Of a DNA stretch of 64,000 nucleotides, positions 32,906 to 43,533 are shown piece after piece. Within the stretch, counting starts at the first letter, position 1. The number at the start of each line of letters is the position of its first letter. Source of the stretch: a phage; sequence record PX880103.1. One strand, 5' to 3'. A program made the position numbers and the translations under genes. Under the pieces are notes generated by a model. It had not been told where the DNA came from. It did not search any database and saw only the letters and a program-made list of their open reading frames with translations.

Positions 32906-33768
32906 TAGAATGCTCCTTGGAAAATATTATCACCACTAGTAATTCTATTAAAATACCCTGCGTCGCCAGGCTTAATATAACTCCACGTATGGAATGGATT
33001 CATATGATATAGATGTGTATAATATGGATTATATGGATGTGTATAATATGGATGATATGGATTTAATCCAGGAGTTCTCCATGTAGTATTTTGGCGAAAA
33101 GAATCGTTTTTAACCATCTTCTCAATTACATCTTTTATAGCTTTTTCACTATCAAAACTTTCTTTATTTTCCTTCGGCGAAAAAAGCTTATTTTCTACAT
33201 CATTCCATGTATAAACTCGCTGAGCAGTTTTTGGAATATTGTCACGCTCTCCTCGAGCCATCCAATAAACTGGAACATTTAATATTTCACTCGCATGATC
33301 GCAGTGGTGAGCGAGATCGTCAATATAACAAATTACGTTATATTTCTCTTTTGCCTTTTTGAACAACTCTTCTTTTGAAGAATCATGACCACACATCATT
33401 ACTTCTGAGAAGGCACCAGGAAAAAGAGCATTCAAATTAAATTGACGATTCAACAGAGCGTCAATAGAATCACCCAATGCTGTAACAGCTACAAAATTAT
33501 AATCTTCTTTTAATTTGTTAATTACACACAGGGCATCTTTATATGGAGACAAGTAACGAATAAAATCCGAACGATTGTATTTTTCAATTAACTTGACGCC
33601 AAGTTCTTCATCACAGTTAAAGAGTTTACCAGGAGAAATAAATTTCTCATCCTGGATCATTTTTAAAATATGTTCTAACGGAAGATTATATTTCTGAGCA
33701 AAATAAGGAAGGCCTGATTGCCAGCTTAAACATACTCCATCAATATCAGTTAAAATAGTAGGCTTCAT
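32905..33768 (-). CDS. HAD-superfamily hydrolase-like protein with Tyr/His/Pro-rich repeat tail (30.2 position)
   Basis: 287 aa; N-terminal ILTDIDGV (HAD motif I); C-terminal NPYHPYYTHPYNPYYTHLY encoded by a 2-copy direct DNA repeat. Confidence 0.7.
   Translation of the reverse strand: MKPTILTDIDGVCLSWQSGLPYFAQKYNLPLEHILKMIQDEKFISPGKLFNCDEELGVKLIEKYNRSDFIRYLSPYKDALCVINKLKEDYNFVAVTALGDSIDALLNRQFNLNALFPGAFSEVMMCGHDSSKEELFKKAKEKYNVICYIDDLAHHCDHASEILNVPVYWMARGERDNIPKTAQRVYTWNDVENKLFSPKENKESFDSEKAIKDVIEKMVKNDSFRQNTTWRTPGLNPYHPYYTHPYNPYYTHLYHMNPFHTWSYIKPGDAGYFNRITSGDNIFQGAF
32979..33024. repeat. two-copy tandem direct repeat (~24 bp) inside the 3' end of the HAD-like gene
   Basis: GATGTGTATAATATGGATTATA TG GATGTGTATAATATGGATGATA; encodes the Y/H/P-rich C-terminal tail. 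Confidence 0.7.
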
Positions 33769-34229
33769 AAAGAGTCTCTTAATAGGTTTAACACATCAAT
33801 AAATTCAGCTTCGGTTAGTATTGTATCATCTTTTGTTAGACCACTAGCCATGCTGTGCTTCAAAACTTTTCCTTTCGAGGCTTGTAATGCATCACGAAAG
33901 CCCCTGTTTTGGAACGCTGCTTCAAAATATGCATTTGTGTATAATTCTTTCCACGCCGGGGAGTATCTTGAAAACGGAACTCCAAGCCAGAACAACGTGC
34001 CACGATCCTGAGCTCTAGCATAAGACCTTCCAGCTTGTTGGGCGGCAAGCCCGGATAACCCAAATATACGACGTTGCTGTTCAACATTTTTCACCTTACA
34101 CCCTTGGAGGAATCCTTCGAGACCTCCAAATTGAATGCCATCCATAACGAAAGGCCATTGGGCGAAATTACTTAATGCACATGATGGCCATTTAAAATTG
34201 CTTCTTATCTCTAGCTCAGACATTTTCAA
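33765..34229 (-). CDS. NADAR/YbiA-family protein (30.3 position)
   Basis: 154 aa; SCALSNFAQWPFVMDG...F..G.KV resembles the E. coli YbiA core DFSNFAAWP..DG..W...EH.FQAQKF. Confidence 0.65.
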   Translation of the reverse strand: MKMSELEIRSNFKWPSCALSNFAQWPFVMDGIQFGGLEGFLQGCKVKNVEQQRRIFGLSGLAAQQAGRSYARAQDRGTLFWLGVPFSRYSPAWKELYTNAYFEAAFQNRGFRDALQASKGKVLKHSMASGLTKDDTILTEAEFIDVLNLLRDSL

Positions 34230-34422
34230 TACTTATAATTTCAACATCAGCCCAATGACCATAGCAAGGAAGACGAAATTCAACTGGCCAGTTAGGGTCC
34301 TTTTCTAATATAATAGACTGAACTTGTGGCTCTTCATATTCATCGGTATACGGACCTTTATACGTTACTTTATATGTGACCTTAATGTACTTAATTCCAA
34401 AAATCTTATTAATTATATTCAT
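34216..34422 (-). CDS. hypothetical small protein (30.x)
   Basis: 68-aa ORF in a coupled chain. Confidence 0.5.
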   Translation of the reverse strand: MNIINKIFGIKYIKVTYKVTYKGPYTDEYEEPQVQSIILEKDPNWPVEFRLPCYGHWADVEIISIENV

Positions 34423-34616
34423 ACTAATTCCTTTAATCCGTAAATAGGAGATAATTCATCGCCCATACGAAGGTCTTCATTTCCATCTACCCAGGAAACA
34501 ATATAAGCCTCTTTTATTTGAATACCACTCCATTTAAATGGAGGTAGAACCTTAGAAATTAATCCAGGTATACCAACTCCCTTTAATTCAACAGTTTGAC
34601 CTAAAAAGAATTTCAT
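34419..34616 (-). CDS. hypothetical small protein (30.x)
   Basis: 65-aa ORF in a coupled chain. Confidence 0.5.
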   Translation of the reverse strand: MKFFLGQTVELKGVGIPGLISKVLPPFKWSGIQIKEAYIVSWVDGNEDLRMGDELSPIYGLKELV

Positions 34617-34903
34617 TAGAACCTCATCTGAAAGCCATGCGATTTAACATTACCGCCGCCAATATCAGAAATATTAATTTCACGCGCAATTGAAGGGTCA
34701 ATGTCAATTTCACGATTGAGTTTAGTGATAGCTAAAGTATCGCGCCCATTTACAGTACGGAACTCTAAAGGACATACTACATTAACGTAGTTTTTAATCG
34801 ATTCGCTGGTAGGTTGCAAATGAGCAGGAAGGTCTTTAGGCGCCTTAGAGAAAACCACTTCACAGAAATTTTTGCGGGTATCAAAATAAGTAGTCATAAA
34901 CAT
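34616..34903 (-). CDS. hypothetical protein (30.x)
   Basis: 95-aa ORF; hairpin 34919-34934 upstream. Confidence 0.55.
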   Translation of the reverse strand: MFMTTYFDTRKNFCEVVFSKAPKDLPAHLQPTSESIKNYVNVVCPLEFRTVNGRDTLAITKLNREIDIDPSIAREINISDIGGGNVKSHGFQMRF

Positions 34904-34944
34904 AGTATTTTCCTCAGTAAGGGGCCGAAGCCCCTCATTTTATT

Positions 34945-35310
34945 TTAAATATCAAATTCGTTAAGAACTACATCAAAGATTGCTTCAAGATGCTCAGGTT
35001 TAACTCTGTTACTCAGAATATGACGAATCCAAGTTTTAACCAGAAGCTTGCGATTAACGCCATTCCAGCAAGGATGAGTCCCTAAATCACGTTGACGAAA
35101 ATCATCATCCAAAGCGATTTTGAAGTTGGAACCTTTCATTGTGATTGAAACCGTGATGCCATTTTCAAATCGCATATAAACGTAGTTAGGAGTCATATAC
35201 TGTTCAATTTCGCATACTGATCCATTTTGATGTTTCCAAAGGCAAATAGTATCAATAGAACCTGCAATACCATTAGAAACATATTTACGTTCAAAGTTGA
35301 TGTAGTTCAT
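34945..35310 (-). CDS. hypothetical protein (30.x)
   Basis: 121-aa ORF; early-type promoter in 35311-35378. Confidence 0.55.
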   Translation of the reverse strand: MNYINFERKYVSNGIAGSIDTICLWKHQNGSVCEIEQYMTPNYVYMRFENGITVSITMKGSNFKIALDDDFRQRDLGTHPCWNGVNRKLLVKTWIRHILSNRVKPEHLEAIFDVVLNEFDI

Positions 35311-35378
35311 TTTTATTCTCCGAGATGTTTAATTGCGGTACAGGTATATAATATCATATCCTGTACCAAAGTAAACAA

Positions 35379-35711
35379 TTATTTTACTACTTTCCAGTGC
35401 TGCATGTCAAGTTTACCAACTTTTTTCATCTTCTCAATTAAGCGTTCTGCGCGTTGGCGAGCTGTAACATAATGCCATTCACCTAATTCATTTTGTTCAA
35501 TTTTTCCAACGATTACTGTATTCAATTCATAAATCCAACCAGTAAAGAAATTATGAACTTGAATTGTAAAGGTGAAATCTGTTCCCATACCTTCTGTTGT
35601 TTCTACTTCAATAATATCACCTTCAACTGCCATTAAGAACCACATAGTTTCATCATATTTACCGTTGAAGCATTTAGTTTTAACTGCAGCGTTCAGATTA
35701 ATTGTTTTCAT
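35379..35711 (-). CDS. hypothetical protein (30.x)
   Basis: 110-aa ORF; early-type promoter 35734-35768. Confidence 0.55.
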   Translation of the reverse strand: MKTINLNAAVKTKCFNGKYDETMWFLMAVEGDIIEVETTEGMGTDFTFTIQVHNFFTGWIYELNTVIVGKIEQNELGEWHYVTARQRAERLIEKMKKVGKLDMQHWKVVK

Positions 35712-35733
35712 TTTATTCTCCTTTGTTTGTGTA

Positions 35734-35768
35734 AGATAATACTATCACAAAGGAACTATACTGTAAAC
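35734..35768 (-). promoter_or_regulatory. early-type promoter candidate (GTTTAC -35)
   Basis: GTTTACAG on minus strand with an AT-rich -10 about 17 nt downstream. Confidence 0.4.
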
Positions 35769-35797
35769 AACTTTGTGCAATCTTTGGAAAATAAAAA

Positions 35798-35817
35798 AGG
35801 ACTCCCGAAGGAGTCCT
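35798..35817 (-). terminator. terminator hairpin downstream of the 30.9-position ORF
   Basis: AGGACTCC-CGAA-GGAGTCCT; minus-strand RNA followed by UUUUUUAUUUU. Confidence 0.6.
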
Positions 35818-35821
35818 CAAC

Positions 35822-35998
35822 TTATGCTTTCTGCTTACCAAAACGAGAAGCATCATCTCGAAGAACCGCACGTGCTCGGCGCATGATCTTCTCAACAGTT
35901 TGATTGATACGAGAGTTCGACCCACGCTTGTAACCAGCGCGTTTAGAATCACCAACTTTCTTTTCAACTGCTTTCTTTGCTTTAGCTTGTTTTGCCAT
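35822..35998 (-). CDS. small basic protein (30.9 position)
   Basis: Track ORF 35822-36040; internal ATG at 35998 gives 58 aa MAKQAKAKKAVEKK...; terminator hairpin just downstream. Confidence 0.5.
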   Translation of the reverse strand: MAKQAKAKKAVEKKVGDSKRAGYKRGSNSRINQTVEKIMRRARAVLRDDASRFGKQKA

Positions 35999-36396
35999 TA
36001 TAAATTCTCTTTTAAATGAAAATGCAGGACTTATTGGCATTGCCTGCGCAAGCCCTCAAGGGGAACATAGGTTTTTGGATATTTAACGACCAGGATAACC
36101 ATAAACCCGTCATCATACCTTATAGCTCTTATCTGTTGCACACCGTTAGCTTAAAGGTTCCGGGTTCGATTTCTCGAGGATAAGATATATACTGATGGAT
36201 ATATAGGCCTTGAGGCGTACTCCCGATTGGCCATCACCTCGGGGTAGCATGCACTTGCCGCTATAAGAATAACATTCAAGAGGTACACCGTAAAACTGCC
36301 GGGGTCTTAAAACTATAATGATTCGCAAATCATTAATCAGACAGTTCGACGGCTCCTCGTTTTAACTTCACACTAAGGCAGTGACTCTCCAATAAA

Positions 36397-36645
36397 TTAC
36401 TTCAGTGTTACCACAAAGTGACGAACTGCTTTTCGTGCAGCAGAAGCCAGAGGCTTAGCATATTTAAGTTCATCTTTTTCCTGAAGCTCAGCAGCTAGTG
36501 CAGTTTGAGCAGGATTCAGATGTTTGAAATAACGCAGGATTTCAAGAGCTTCGGCTTCAACATCAATAGATGCGCCATAGTTTTCGTGACCATTATTCCA
36601 TGCGTTTCGTTGCAGTTCAAGAGCGTGTTGTAATTGTTTAATCAT
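36397..36645 (-). CDS. rIII: rIII lysis-inhibition accessory protein
   Basis: 82 aa as in T4 rIII; immediately downstream of gene 31. Confidence 0.85.
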   Translation of the reverse strand: MIKQLQHALELQRNAWNNGHENYGASIDVEAEALEILRYFKHLNPAQTALAAELQEKDELKYAKPLASAARKAVRHFVVTLK

Positions 36646-36784
36646 TTAAAAATTCTCATTAGAGATTAAAACTCAGTAGTCACGTTCTTCTGAATTTCAC
36701 TTCCTTTCGGCAAGTCTCTCAGTTGTAGACTACCACATAGAATTGTTCGGTTAACTTATTATTCCGACACCCAATTCATATTAT

Positions 36785-36792
36785 TATTTATA
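36785..36792 (-). promoter_or_regulatory. candidate late promoter (minus strand) upstream of rIII
   Basis: Plus-strand TATTTATA just 3' of the gene 31 stop. Confidence 0.4.
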
Positions 36793-37128
36793 TCACTTAT
36801 AAAGACACGGAATAGCTTTATAGTGACAGGTAACGAATTTTTGTTTAATTTCTTTTGGCTGCTTAAGACCCAGAGCTACAAAAGGATGCGGAACATTTCG
36901 AATTTGACCAACTGGAAGAGAAGTCAAATCGCCAACTTCGCAGAAACCTTTAGGAACATCAGGACCGACAGAGTGAACTACACACAGTTCAGGAACTTCA
37001 CCTTGGACACGTTTACCAATAATAAGTCCTGATTCTGTAACTTCTTCATCACCGGCTTGTGCAGGTTCAGAAACTAAAATAACATATTCACCGACAGCAC
37101 TAATTGGTAGCTGTTGTACTTCAGACAT
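36793..37128 (-). CDS. 31: gp31 co-chaperonin (GroES analogue)
   Basis: 111 aa as in T4 gp31; synteny. Confidence 0.9.
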   Translation of the reverse strand: MSEVQQLPISAVGEYVILVSEPAQAGDEEVTESGLIIGKRVQGEVPELCVVHSVGPDVPKGFCEVGDLTSLPVGQIRNVPHPFVALGLKQPKEIKQKFVTCHYKAIPCLYK

Positions 37129-37184
37129 CGTTTTTCCTTTTTGTTAACAGATGAATTAATAATAACAAATAATTCTTAAAGCAT

Positions 37185-37493
37185 TTATTTACCAATAAAT
37201 TGGAGTAAATGCTCAACTTTCATACCATTAACGGAAATCAATTTGTCAATAGAAAAACCTCGCCATGCACCAAGCTCAACATCAAATACTGGAATCATGT
37301 CAGTAGATTCTTTCCGAGTAGATTCAGTCAATTTGCCAGTTTGCATGGTTGGCATAAAGTCTGCATCACGAGTACCTTTCATAGTACGAATAGTACCATC
37401 AGACTTTTCAAAAACTACGTTTGAAACACCCATGGACAATTTAGTTTTCAAAATTTCACGAATTGCTACTTTCTGCTCAGTTGTCAGTTTCAT
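37185..37493 (-). CDS. hypothetical protein (31.1 position)
   Basis: 102-aa ORF. Confidence 0.6.
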   Translation of the reverse strand: MKLTTEQKVAIREILKTKLSMGVSNVVFEKSDGTIRTMKGTRDADFMPTMQTGKLTESTRKESTDMIPVFDVELGAWRGFSIDKLISVNGMKVEHLLQFIGK

Positions 37494-37730
37494 TTATTTA
37501 CCTATTACAGTTTTAATATGAGTTGTTCCACGTTCTTTAAGGGTGGAAAGTAATTTTTGGCATTTTTCTAAATCAGATTTCCAACTATATGGTTTATCAA
37601 TACAAACCCAATTTGTCTTATAATACTGTTTCCATTTAGAGAAAAAATATTTCTTATACTCTACAGCAAATGAGATGTTCTCGTTAGAATAAGAACTAAT
37701 TGCTGTGAGCTTTACTAAACGAAATTTCAT
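37494..37730 (-). CDS. hypothetical protein (31.2 position)
   Basis: 78-aa ORF. Confidence 0.55.
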   Translation of the reverse strand: MKFRLVKLTAISSYSNENISFAVEYKKYFFSKWKQYYKTNWVCIDKPYSWKSDLEKCQKLLSTLKERGTTHIKTVIGK

Positions 37731-38311
37731 TATTCACCACAGAATTCGTTGATATTTTCCCAGTTTAACTTATTCAAGTTTTTCTTAGGAACATTAAACA
37801 CTTCAATACCTGCATTTCGCAGAATATCATCCCAGCCAGGTTTATTTTTATCGTATGTTTCGCAATAAACCAGCTTTTTAATACCAGATTGAGCTATCGC
37901 TTTTGCGCAATCTGGACAGGGAGAAAGTGTTACATACATAGTAGCACCTTCAATAGAAGAACCATTTCGTGCAGCAAACAAAATTGCATTTAGTTCAGCA
38001 TGAATTTCATTTTTAGATGACCATTCCGAGTGAGCACTACGATGTTCTTTCGCCAAAACAAAACGATCAGTTGAACCAAATGATACGCATTCAGGCTTAT
38101 GACCTTGAATGATAGTATGTTTAGGCTTATTCAACAACCAACCTTGCTCAGCAGCATAATCACAACAGTTCACACCCCCTGCGGGTGAACCGTTATATCC
38201 AGTAGAAATAATACGTCCATTCTTTTCAATTACTGCTCCTACCTTCCAGGAGCAACATTTTGATTCCTGCGATACTAAATATGCAATTTGAAGTACTGTA
38301 CTCGCTTTCAT
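37730..38311 (-). CDS. cd: dCMP deaminase
   Basis: 193 aa as in T4 Cd; zinc-binding HAE...PCPDC cytidine/dCMP deaminase motifs. Confidence 0.92.
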   Translation of the reverse strand: MKASTVLQIAYLVSQESKCCSWKVGAVIEKNGRIISTGYNGSPAGGVNCCDYAAEQGWLLNKPKHTIIQGHKPECVSFGSTDRFVLAKEHRSAHSEWSSKNEIHAELNAILFAARNGSSIEGATMYVTLSPCPDCAKAIAQSGIKKLVYCETYDKNKPGWDDILRNAGIEVFNVPKKNLNKLNWENINEFCGE

Positions 38312-38646
38312 TTCATAATCACCAGATAAGCAGATTTAGCAGTTTCAACACGATAAATTTCGTGACGAAGTTTAGTTATACTTTTAATAACAGAACTAAT
38401 TATATTCTGCCCATCTTTAAAGCGGTTTTTCTTATCAATAAAAACCGCGCCAGTCATCTTTTTGTGAAGCTCAACTGGATACTTCGTCACAATAATTGCA
38501 TCATACACAGAAGGATGAATACTATTCACCAGAATATCATTCATTAAAGTTATTCTAATGAACTGTGCTGTTTCAGAATCAAGCGCTCTATGATCGCCAG
38601 TATCATTTTCAAGACAATTATCAATTATATCAGTTAAATTCATCAT
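38308..38646 (-). CDS. hypothetical protein (cd.x)
   Basis: 112-aa ORF coupled to cd. Confidence 0.55.
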   Translation of the reverse strand: MMNLTDIIDNCLENDTGDHRALDSETAQFIRITLMNDILVNSIHPSVYDAIIVTKYPVELHKKMTGAVFIDKKNRFKDGQNIISSVIKSITKLRHEIYRVETAKSAYLVIMK

Positions 38647-38882
38647 AGTACGCCATACACCCTTTGTGCTTCAACTAATCCATCAAAATCCAGTTTAAGA
38701 TGCGATATTTGATCGCCATCGCCTGGATTCACAATTACTAATACTGAACGAGGAGTTTCGGTAATAACACGAACCGATGTTTCAGGAAATCGTTCAGAAA
38801 CCTTATTTACTAATTCCTGTGCAAATAGTTTAACTTTTTCTTGAAATTCTTTAACAGTAATCGGTTTTTCACTTAGCAGCAT
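38643..38882 (-). CDS. hypothetical protein (cd.x)
   Basis: 79-aa ORF; early-type promoter inside an inverted repeat upstream. Confidence 0.55.
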   Translation of the reverse strand: MLLSEKPITVKEFQEKVKLFAQELVNKVSERFPETSVRVITETPRSVLVIVNPGDGDQISHLKLDFDGLVEAQRVYGVL

Positions 38883-38943
38883 TTTGTTTTCCTCATTTGT
38901 TTGGTAGAGCTATAATATCACAACTCTACCGTAAAGTAAACTA

Positions 38944-39219
38944 TTAAATTGCTTTGAATTCTGCTGTCTGCGATTCAAAACGAATATCGCCTTTGATGAC
39001 TAGCTCAGCATCAAGACCGAATACAACAATGATATGCGCGGAACCTGGATACAACGTAATGGCAATAGAATCCACCTGGTCTGGAAGCAAAGTGTTCAAT
39101 ACATGAGTCACTTGAGCATGGATTCGAAGCTCAGCTGCGTTATCAAGTTTTTCAAACATATTATTAGCAATAATTTGGCTAAACACTACTTCTACGATTT
39201 TAGAATAAGTCGGAAACAT
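38944..39219 (-). CDS. hypothetical protein (cd.x)
   Basis: 91-aa ORF. Confidence 0.55.
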   Translation of the reverse strand: MFPTYSKIVEVVFSQIIANNMFEKLDNAAELRIHAQVTHVLNTLLPDQVDSIAITLYPGSAHIIVVFGLDAELVIKGDIRFESQTAEFKAI

Positions 39220-39283
39220 ATTTACCTCACATAATTTTCTTCAAGCCAATTAATAATATCCCAAGTTTCATGGTGCAAAGCCA

Positions 39284-40484
<1,201 letters not shown>

Positions 40485-40488
<4 letters not shown>

Positions 40489-40715
40489 TTATTTTTCTCA
40501 ACTAATGATTGAATATAATCATGTAGGTCTTTAGATGCTTTGCCCCACTTATTTTGGTATTCATTTTTAAGATTAGCACGTGATTGAGCTAATAAAACAT
40601 CATTAGTTGGAGGTAAAGATTCTAATCGCTGAATCTGGCGTCCATAAATCATTGCAGCCATCTCGGATTCATAAATCAATCCTTTGAGATGTTCAAATTG
40701 ATGCCATGAAATCAT
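40485..40715 (-). CDS. hypothetical protein
   Basis: 76-aa ORF. Confidence 0.5.
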
Positions 40716-41011
40716 TTACATTTATCCTCTTTTAACTCTTGACGATAATAGCATATCATAGTTTTCTGGTCGTGTACATATCGTTTTACATCATTAAGCC
40801 AAATACGAAATTCCTGGGAATCTTCAAATGGCATACCGACCCAAGCTTTACCATCAATAACTTTAACTTGCCAAGATAGTTTAGCTTCATCATATGACTT
40901 TATTTGCACAGGCCAATTAGGATGAACTGTTTCTTTCTTTACTTCTAGAGGCTTTGTCGAACAACCAACTAGAAGACCAATAGATAATATTACTGCTGAT
41001 AGTTTAATCAT
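40712..41011 (-). CDS. putative o-spanin (outer-membrane lipoprotein, Rz1 equivalent)
   Basis: 99 aa; signal peptide with lipobox LVGC; immediately follows the i-spanin candidate. Confidence 0.65.
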   Translation of the reverse strand: MIKLSAVILSIGLLVGCSTKPLEVKKETVHPNWPVQIKSYDEAKLSWQVKVIDGKAWVGMPFEDSQEFRIWLNDVKRYVHDQKTMICYYRQELKEDKCK

Positions 41012-41361
41012 TTAGAAAGGTCCTGGATGTCTTCTGCGAACTTGTTGAAGGAGTTGTTGATTTGTTTTTCAACCAATCCTGGCTTATGAGCCACCACATC
41101 CGCCTTCTTTGCGTCTTTGCGCAGTTTTTCATTTTCACGCTCAATAGCAGCAATTGCCTCACGATTTTTATTATTCATCGCATCAATATAATTATACTGA
41201 ATTCGTAAATTATTTAATGCTAAAGCGTTTTCATTGGCTGTTTTTGTAATTTCAGTAACTGATGTTTCTAATCTTTCTACCTTATGTTTTAAAATAATAG
41301 ATGTTCCGCCAAATGCTATTACGAGTAATAGCAAACCTGCTGTTGTATTACTTAATTGCAT
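41008..41361 (-). CDS. putative i-spanin (Rz equivalent)
   Basis: 117 aa; N-terminal transmembrane helix then predicted coiled coil; paired with the lipoprotein ORF. Confidence 0.65.
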   Translation of the reverse strand: MQLSNTTAGLLLLVIAFGGTSIILKHKVERLETSVTEITKTANENALALNNLRIQYNYIDAMNNKNREAIAAIERENEKLRKDAKKADVVAHKPGLVEKQINNSFNKFAEDIQDLSK

Positions 41362-41858
41362 AAAGTTTTAATAACCTCTACAATATCGTCTTGAGAAAGA
41401 CCGTTAATTAAAATATGATGTTCAGCTGGAGATTTAGAAATTTTAAAGCATGCCTCAACATCTTCTGCCATATCCGATGCACTACGATTTGGATTACTAA
41501 TTCCAAGACGATGCTTTCCAGTCAAAGGATTAACGATGATATAGCATTTACAGCTATTGATATGAACATTAGGTTGAGTCTGATTAATGAACACTTCACA
41601 ATCATACTTAGCGAGTTGATTTTCTAAAAAGACTTTCATCTCTTCAACCGCATCAGGAAGCATATCACGGGCTTGCTCAAGACGACGATTTCGATATTCT
41701 TTAATGGTCGTTTTCCGCTTGACTTGCTTAGCTAAATCTTTCTTAAGATCGGTGATATATCCAACTCGACGATTTCCTTTAAATACAGAAATCCCATCTG
41801 TGGTATCACCATATGCTTCAACGACCATTTCAGTAGTAATAAGTTGTAAATCCATCAT
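41352..41858 (-). CDS. alc: Alc, inhibitor of host transcription
   Basis: 168 aa (T4 Alc 167); conserved position between rnlA and pseT region. Confidence 0.8.
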   Translation of the reverse strand: MMDLQLITTEMVVEAYGDTTDGISVFKGNRRVGYITDLKKDLAKQVKRKTTIKEYRNRRLEQARDMLPDAVEEMKVFLENQLAKYDCEVFINQTQPNVHINSCKCYIIVNPLTGKHRLGISNPNRSASDMAEDVEACFKISKSPAEHHILINGLSQDDIVEVIKTLCN

Positions 41859-41886
41859 AAAGTCCTCATGTTATGTCAGTAAGACT

Positions 41887-41916
41887 ACTATAACATAACA
41901 CGAGGGACTTGTAAAC
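41887..41916 (-). promoter_or_regulatory. early-type promoter (-35 GTTTAC, -10 TATAGT) for alc
   Basis: About 90% identical over 54 nt to the promoter-leader at 26731-26784. Confidence 0.55.
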
Positions 41917-41919
41917 AGC

Positions 41920-43507
<1,588 letters not shown>

Positions 43508-43533
43508 AATAAATGGGCCTTGCGGCCCACTCC

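Noticed and set aside
36155-36180. tRNA-like T-loop motif (GGGTTCGATTTC)
   Set aside because: No complementary T-stem, acceptor stem or anticodon arm could be built around it on either strand.
36146-36328. 60-aa minus-strand ORF in the intergenic island
   Set aside because: Needs a TTG start, has no Shine-Dalgarno sequence and a low-complexity product; treated as a chance ORF.
36180-36357. Weak resemblance to group I intron S and R elements (TAAGATATATAC, GTTCGACGGCTCC)
   Set aside because: The elements are in the wrong order for one strand, there are no flanking exons, and no P/Q partners were found.
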